Of a DNA stretch of 64,000 bases, positions 60,219 to 64,000 are shown piece by piece (position 1 is the first letter of the stretch; each line of letters opens with the position of its first letter). A program made the position numbers and the translations under genes. The stretch spans positions 1,116,001 to 1,180,000 of the forward strand of contig BQFW01000008.1 in NCBI GenBank assembly GCA_020891255.1, written 5' to 3'. The notes beneath the pieces were generated by a model. That model was not told the DNA's origin, did not search any database, and worked only from the letters and a program-made list of their open reading frames with translations. This DNA comes from Entomortierella parvispora E1425. Taxonomy: Eukaryota; Fungi; Mortierellomycota.

Positions 60219-62769
60219 ATGGAGTCTGGACAGTTCGAGGTCCAGGACCAGAACCAGGGAACGGCAACAGCAGCGACCCTGGTCTCTGATCCGGACGATT
60301 CAACCTCGGTGCAGGACACCTCTAGATCCTCCACCGCCACTTCCACCACCACCTCTTCCGCCAATACAACAACTTCTGCGCGGGCTCCTACGCGACGGTA
60401 CTCGATCGCGGGTGTGATTCGATCATTGTTCCATGCCGTCCTTGTGCAGGACACGAGTCACCTGGAACACGTCCTCACCAGCCTCGCTCTCGATCCCAAC
60501 AAGGTCCGGGATAAAGATCGAAGAACGATGCTCATGGTCGCGGCCACAGAGAACAAGCACTTGGTATTACGATACTTACTATCGTTACCTTCGATCCAAG
60601 TGGATCTTCCAGGCAAGTAAAATGAACGGGAAGAAAAAAAAAATGGTCAACGGGCTATGCTTCCCGAGCCTTATGTCATGTTCCTTCCCTTCTCCCCCTC
60701 CTTTCCTTTCCCCTGGACGCATCGACATGGGCCATGGCCTTTGCGTGGAGGGGTGAGCAAGGGAAAGGAAGAGCGTCCCTGATACGATCCTTTACTGACA
60801 GGGGATGGTTCGATGACCCTCGTCCCTGCTTTTTTTCATTTAGCGCTGCTTGCTGCTTTTATCTTTTTTTTTTTTTTTTTTTTTTTCATCATCTCTTCCT
60901 ATTTTACTTACCTGTCGTTTTTCCTCTCTCTTACGTGGTTGCCTGCGCAGATGACGAAGGTGAGACGGCCCTCTACCAAGCGTCGGCTGCTGGTAGTACC
61001 GAGTGTGTCCACTTGCTCCTCCTGGCTGGTGCTTCCGCATCCTTGGGCAATGAGGTAAACAAAAAAACACACATATCGGATCAATGGTCGAGGAACATGT
61101 TTTTTTCCCCCTTCCCTCTACAATTGAGCGTGGAAAATATCGATGGTGGACAAACAATTGTGTTGTGTTTCGCGCGTGCGCGCCTACCCTTGCTCGCTAA
61201 TCCACACGGGTATGCATGGCATGCATGTGCGATTTCTGCATGGACACTTGGTCCTCTGTATCTCCTCTACACTTACACGCACCCTTGCCCCCCTGCCTGT
61301 GTACCTGTCGACTAACCCTTTTTTCTATTTTTTTTTTTTTTTTTTTTTTGCATGAATCCGTGTTTTTTTCTTCTTTTCATAATCACCTTTTTACCTCGCT
61401 CCAGGAATCCATAACCCCTTTGATAATCGCCTCCTACAATGGTTTTGTCCATATCTGTCGATTGATCATCAATTTGGGCCAAGTCAATGTGAACCAACAA
61501 GACAACACTCAAAAGTCGGCCCTATTGTTGGCAAGTTATGCAGGCCATGTTGAGATCATGGTGGAGTTGATCAGTCACGGGGCTGACTTGGATATGCTAG
61601 ATCAATATGGATGGTCCTCCCTCATGCTTGCTGCGTACGCTGGTCGATTGGAAGCATGCAAGTTGTTGTTGGACCATGGAGCAGACCCCGATATCAAGAC
61701 CAGCAATGGCAAGAATGCCCGGAACCTGTCCTGGGATGCTGGTCATCGATCTGTGGCAGCCTACATTACAAAGTTTGTACAGTCAGGAGGTGGGGCGCAC
61801 ATGATGCTCAAGCCCATGATGACCCCTCCTCGATCGCCCTCAAGGAGAACTCATTCCCCTGCGCCTTCTTTGCCTTCGGTCCCCGAGGAGATCACCGAAG
61901 ATGTCTACCAGCGAGCGACTCGTCATTCGTTCTCGGGTCATACTCGGACCAATAGCACCAATCTTCCTGCCGCAGCAGCCACCACCAAGACTCTGCGTCG
62001 CGGCGCGTCCATCTCTTCCTCCCCACCCATGAGCTCGACCATCCTGATGGAACCGACGCGTTCTTCTCTCTCCGATTTTACGGCCCCTACAACCCAAACC
62101 TCCAACACCACGGCCAATGGCACGATCAGCTCGGACGCGATGAGGCGACTCGCGCTGAGCTATGTGGAGGACCCAAAGGACACCTTGCATCAGAGTCGCT
62201 CTTCTCCTCCTCCTCCTACACACCACAGCCCCCATTTATCCTCACTCTCGTCCTCACCCTCCTCTTCACCCTCATCCTCTCCGATCGTGGTCGCGTCCGC
62301 AAACTTTGCAGCGCTGTTTAGGAGTGCAGGGAAACCAAGCCCCCCGGTCGAGCTGAAGATGAGAGAGTTTCCGCTCGTGTCGTCGTCCGTCACGGAGAGC
62401 AATGGGGGCGGTGGAATGGACCAAGGGTTGTCATCGCCTCCGCTCTCGATCGCGTCTTCGTTGTCGTCCTCGATCTCCTCGGCTTCGTCGAGGGAGGGAC
62501 CCATGTCTCGGGGAGAGATGGGCCAATTGCGCCCACCGCCACCGCTGCCACCGGTCCGGTCAGGGTCAGGGTCAGGTTCGGTCGTGCCGCCGTATGGTCG
62601 AGCAAATAGCGGTGCTAGTAGTGGCGGTGGTGGTGGCGGATGCAACAAGGGTTCTGCGGCATCGCCTCGAAACAGTCTGAGACTGGGCTGGTGGTTCTGC
62701 TGCTTTGATAGCGCGTTGTGGGCAGGGTTAGGATGCGGTTGCTGTGGGGACCCTTTAGAGGCCAAGTAG
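60219..62769 (+). CDS. Ankyrin-repeat protein with a Ser/Pro-rich tail
   Basis: Exons 60219-60612, 60951-61054 and 61405-62769; the first intron is GC-AG. About six ANK repeats: TMLMVAA, GETALYQAS, ITPLIIAS, KSALLLAS, GWSSLMLAA, GKNARNLS. Confidence 0.88.
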
Positions 62770-63283
62770 ACAAGTTTGGCTGGACGGTGAGGGATATAGG
62801 GGAAGGACGGGGGAAGGAGGGAGGCAAGAGAACGTCAAGAAGAAGGGCTGTTGGCAATGCAGCCCATGTAAATAGCCATTGCCATTATAACAACACCATT
62901 TTAATCGTATAAATTATAATATTGCTAATAGCCGTTGTACCCACACCATTGACTACAGAGGTCGATGACGAAGTGAAGGAGAAGAAAGGCAAGAGCAAGC
63001 AAAATAAAAGACAAGAAAAGAGAGGAGCAAAATTGGATATGGCAGCGCATTTCCCATGCAAGGAAAGGATCTTAAAGAAAGAACGGACTGCTGCAGTGTG
63101 ACGCCGTGTGCTGCCCTGTAAGTCCCTTTCCTTCGTTCCTTCTATTTCTTCTTCCTCTCTTGGCACAGACATTCTTAACCCCCCTTCCTCTCGTGCATCC
63201 ATCTCTCTGTTCATCCACCCCTCGCTCGTTCGCTTGTTCATTTATTCACTCGTTGTAACCATCATTCCTTTCGACGCCATCGA

Positions 63284-64000
63284 ATGAACACCATCAAAGG
63301 CGCACGGTAAGGAATCTGCTTGTCTTGGTTTGTCTTGTCTTGTCTTGTCTTGCAGAGACACAAATGCATCGACTCTGTTACTCATACCTTCTCTCTCTAC
63401 TCCATGCACGAATCAGCGTCAAATGGGCCGAGGTCTTTGAGGACCCTAGCCTAACTCTGGACGCTCTCAAGGCTCGGGCACTCTCTCAGCAATCTAGTCT
63501 CGGCATCGATGGCATCCGCTCTGTCTGCTGGAAGGTAATTTTTCCTCTTTTTATCTTTAAACCACGAACGCGTCTTTGTTCCTGTTTCCTCCATTTTCAA
63601 AGCGACCCCCCCCCCACAAACCCGCTGACCCTACCTCAACCCCTCTTTTATCTATTGGTCTTGGCTATGATTAGGTCTACCTCTCTTGCTTGCCCACTCT
63701 TGAAGTCTCTACCTGGCCTTTCGCCTTGAGCAAGGAGCGTGAACGTTATGCAGAACTTCGAAAGAAATATATCAAGGCCATTGGAAGCGATGATGGACCC
63801 GAACCCGATCTGGAAGTGAATAACCCCCTCAGCTTGGCCGAGGACAGTCCATGGCAGCAGTTCTTTGTCGACTCGGAATTGAGAAAGATCATCCAGCAGG
63901 ATGTCGAGCGCACGTAAGAGCCAATGCCAAGAAAGAAGATGATCGCCTTGATTGTTGCAGGAAAACGACGCCTCACGGACTCAGAGAAGGTTCTGTATAT
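63284..64000 (+). CDS. TBC-domain Rab GAP, TBC1D5-like (5' part; runs off the window end)
   Basis: Exons 63284-63306, 63417-63534 and 63675-63913, in phase. Motifs IRSVCWKVYL, RERYAELRKKY, NNPLSLAEDSPWQQFFVDSELRKIIQQDVERT. Confidence 0.85.

Noticed and set aside
60905-60914. TACTTACCTG resembling the U1 snRNA 5' end
   Set aside because: It lacks the leading A and the downstream U1 structure and Sm site. It is simply the reverse complement of a donor consensus inside an intron.

Overview
Intron-rich, gene-dense eukaryotic DNA of about 50% GC from an early-diverging fungus, most likely Mucoromycota/Mortierellaceae. This assignment is inference: fungal-type EAF1, ARP9, VTC-domain and VCX1 genes sit beside ABCA-type, OSR1/SPAK-like, MCMBP and TBC1D5-like genes, and introns are short with poly-A/T runs. 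I reconstruct 26 protein-coding loci by hand-splicing the ORF track; the two at the window edges are partial. Most are housekeeping genes: importin alpha, EBP2, prefoldin 5, EAF1, mitochondrial LysRS, SAC1, KGD1, TVP23, ARP9, MCMBP. I found no rRNA, tRNA, CRISPR array or recognisable transposon. Main observations: (1) the spliceosomal PRP46/PLRG1 gene looks pseudogenised, with no in-frame ATG, a large frameshifting deletion, a second small deletion and a TGA, while its 3' exons stay clean; (2) an OSR1/SPAK-like kinase carries five RFxV docking motifs in its own tail and no CCT domain; (3) a carotenoid-cleavage oxygenase; (4) a hidden signal-peptide/GPI-type gene broken by one missing base after its ATG; (5) two GC-AG introns; (6) a possible dual-frame N-terminus in a VTC-domain gene. 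No multi-gene novel system is evident. Family assignments come from motif recall, not database searches.
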